This document shows, in pieces, positions 61,420-64,000 of a DNA stretch of 64,000 bases (position 1 is its first letter; each line of letters begins with the position of its first letter). The position numbers were made by a program, and so were the translations under genes. The DNA comes from Eledone cirrhosa (taxonomy: Eukaryota), in assembly GCA_964016885.1 (NCBI GenBank), contig OZ024742.1:290656001-290720000 (forward strand). The letters are read 5' to 3'. The notes under the pieces were generated by a model. That model ran no database searches. It was not told the DNA's origin and saw only the letters and a list, made by a program, of their open reading frames with translations.

Positions 61420-62960
61420 GCAATGTACATATGATGAAGCAAGTAAAGGGTGCCTCTAAACAAGTCTAGTCTTTGTGGGTCTGAGAAAATTACCAAATTG
61501 GTGACAGGTGCAAATAAGATCACCAAAAAGTGCACCACGCCAAGCTTCTTTCACCCACAGCATTTAAAAGTTGAAGCAGAAATTGCTCAGCTGAACAAGT
61601 TCTATATTGTTTCAATGTCCTCAGTTTTCTCAGGGAGTTCTCTGAATTTGGATACAATAGTGTCTGCATACCTGGTCCTGACTTTCTTATCCACCAACGC
61701 TTCCCACTTTATCTTGTTGGTCACCCTGGACCTGCCAGTGTTGTGGGCTTATTTGGCTTTAGGTAGTCTCAAGCTGTAGATAAATAGATGATGACCAGTT
61801 GACAGCTCAGCTCCTCTCTTAACACAAATTTCCAGTACTGAATCGAAGAGATCAGAGGCAATAACAAAATCAATTGATCTCTGTCCCTGATTCCCCTTAT
61901 ACCATGTAGATTTATGGATGTTTCTGTGCTGGAAGAAGGTGTTTATAATAGAGAGTCCATTGCTAAAACAAAATCTAATAAGGCCTCTCCATTCATATAT
62001 AGGTTGGGATTACCGATCCTTCCAATCATTCCTTTCCATGTCGGGTGGTCTGTGCTAACATGTGCATTGAAGTCTCCCATTAGGATATATGACTTAGTCT
62101 TAACTAGATCTTACGCTGCAATGACTTCATCAAGGAAGGATCTGTATTTGGACTCTTTGTTCAGTGCATAAACTTGCACCACCCACAAAACCCTATCTTT
62201 CAGCCTAAGCTTCAAGAGTCAAATCCTCTCACCTAATGATGTCCAGTCTATAACACATTCTGACAGTCGGGGGGCTGTGAGTATTCCCACTTCTGCCTGT
62301 GCAGTCATTTCTGGTGTCATATCTGAATAGTGGAGTTTCCATTCTCTATCCAAATCTTCAGTACCAGATCCACGGAACTTGTTGAGGAAACCCAAACTAT
62401 ATATAGCTGGAAGCATCTAAACCCCTCCACTAGTTCCTGCTCCTTACCTGTAAGGATTGTGATGCTCCAGGTTCCAGTTGTCAAGGTTTGTTCCCTTCCA
62501 AACCATCTTTGATGTCTCGAGATATGCAATTGCTATGCGTCTATCCCATGCCTCCCAGGACAGGCTGTAAGCTCATTACCAGTTTTTACAGCATGAAATA
62601 GAGACTGCAATATATTTTTTGAACAGGTCCCTCTACTTAAGGCCCGAATGTGTCCCTTATTAATTCATGTGAAGGATAATATTGCAGTTTTGGTGGTTTT
62701 ATTCCTGCCAGTCACCAATCTGGTACTTTCTCAGACCCATGAAGACTAGGCATTTTTAGAGGTGACATTTTCATAGCTACATCACTGGGTTGTGAAAGAT
62801 TTCTTGGGAACTAAAGGTATCACCCATTACTTCATCTCCCTTAGTAATTCACCACTGTTGGTCCAGGGGTTGTTTACTTGTCCAGCAGGTGCTCACTTAT
62901 ATCATAACTAACTAATATTACTGTTGGCCGTATCGCTATTCCCCACCTATGACCTGTTCT
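61420..62960 (-). mobile_element. Degenerate RTE-type LINE 5' part, containing the empty site for LTR element 2
   Basis: Collinear with 29750-31184 plus 35330-35450; single GTAAT at 62844-62848. Confidence 0.8.
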
Positions 62961-63500
62961 CTAGCAGAACAGCTCTGCCAAAAAGTATAAGAGTAACAAA
63001 TAAAAACCAAGAGAAATATTAATTTAAAACAATATTCATGGTTGAGTTAGAGCTAGTCTTTTAAATCTGTTTTTCCCTGTTTTGCATGGTTTGGACAGAG
63101 CCTGGAGCTTATCCCAGTTACTTGGGCATTAAACTAAGGGTACTTATGTTTAGCTAAATCAACTGGAACAGCATGAAATGAAGTGCCTTGCTGGTCTGAA
63201 CATTGAACCCAAGGTCTTTACATTCACAATAGAAATAATACATAATTAAAACATTTTATTGTAATTTATTGATAAATATAACAATTAATTTGAAATGTAG
63301 TCATCCCAATGCATGTGACTCTAATAATAGCTGACCACTGTAGATAATAGTTTAAAAAATTAGGTACAATACCCCTGGAGATGGAAAAAAGTGGACAGCG
63401 GTGCTTGCGAGGAATTAAACCCTAAACCAGGCAAGTGTATTATTCACTGTTATACCAATATGTCTCTGACCACTGACTGCTGTCTTTTAGAAGCATTTAA

Positions 63501-63721
63501 CCCTTTACTATTTACATTATTCTATATATACTATTGTATTTTCATGGTAAAGGCTTTACCTCACATAATTATCTCTCATAATATCGAATCTAAGAGATTT
63601 TGATATTATTTATGTTGAGAACAATACCTTAACATCAGTATGATCAACTGGTTACAATTGGCTTGAACTGAAAGATATGAGAGAATTTTGGCCAGATTTG
63701 GCTGGTTTAAATGCTAAAGGG
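63501..63721. mobile_element. 221-bp piggyBac-type MITE (paralog of 35982-36202)
   Basis: TTAA flanks and TIRs; same flanking sequence as the segment B copy. Confidence 0.85.
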
Positions 63722-63934
63722 TTAAACTTGAAGTGGTTGACTTGAAACATTGGGAACATTTTAAATATGAAATATTGTTCTATTTATAGTGATCAACTAC
63801 TATTTTAATCATCTGCATTGGGACAACTACATTTTAAATTTCAAACTTTGCCAATGTATCTTAAGTCAACCAGAAGATAACAATTAATGTTTCCATGGAA
63901 TTATAACATGAAAGTCTTTGGTTATTTCTAACAG

Positions 63935-63983
63935 GTATTTCAAGAATATTTCCAAGAAATACAGACAACTGAAACATCATCAG
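63935..63983 (+). CDS. Host exon VFQEYFQEIQTTETSS (repeat C)
   Basis: Matches 36423-36471 including splice sites. Confidence 0.8.
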
Positions 63984-64000
63984 GTAAACACACAATATTT

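Overview
AT-rich, repeat-dense animal genomic DNA. The RTE/SINE content suggests a coleoid cephalopod such as Octopus (inference). The window lies inside a + strand macrodomain-PARP-like (PARP14/PARP9/PARP15-type) gene. I could splice 13 exons with consistent phases: macro(A) - linker - macro(B) - linker - KH-like/WWE - macro(C). Segment C (~49.3-64 kb) is a recent near-identical duplicate of segment B (~23-36.5 kb), and no PARP catalytic exon is visible. The introns hold two very compact (~4.1-4.2 kb) Gypsy-type LTR retrotransposons, two copies of a piggyBac insertion, piggyBac-type and hAT MITEs, a non-autonomous Helitron with nested cargo, many RTE LINE fragments, a fused pair of Tx1/L1-clade elements in a (GATA)n tract, tRNA-derived SINEs and two minisatellites. 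The two most notable signals are: (1) both LTR elements have a non-TGG primer-binding site exactly complementary to nt 1-12 of tRNA-Phe, suggesting priming by a short 5' tRNA fragment; (2) a Penelope-type palindrome carries two minimal hammerhead ribozymes, and only the copy on the host-sense strand has a mutated core. Many long ORFs in the track are repeat or antisense artefacts.
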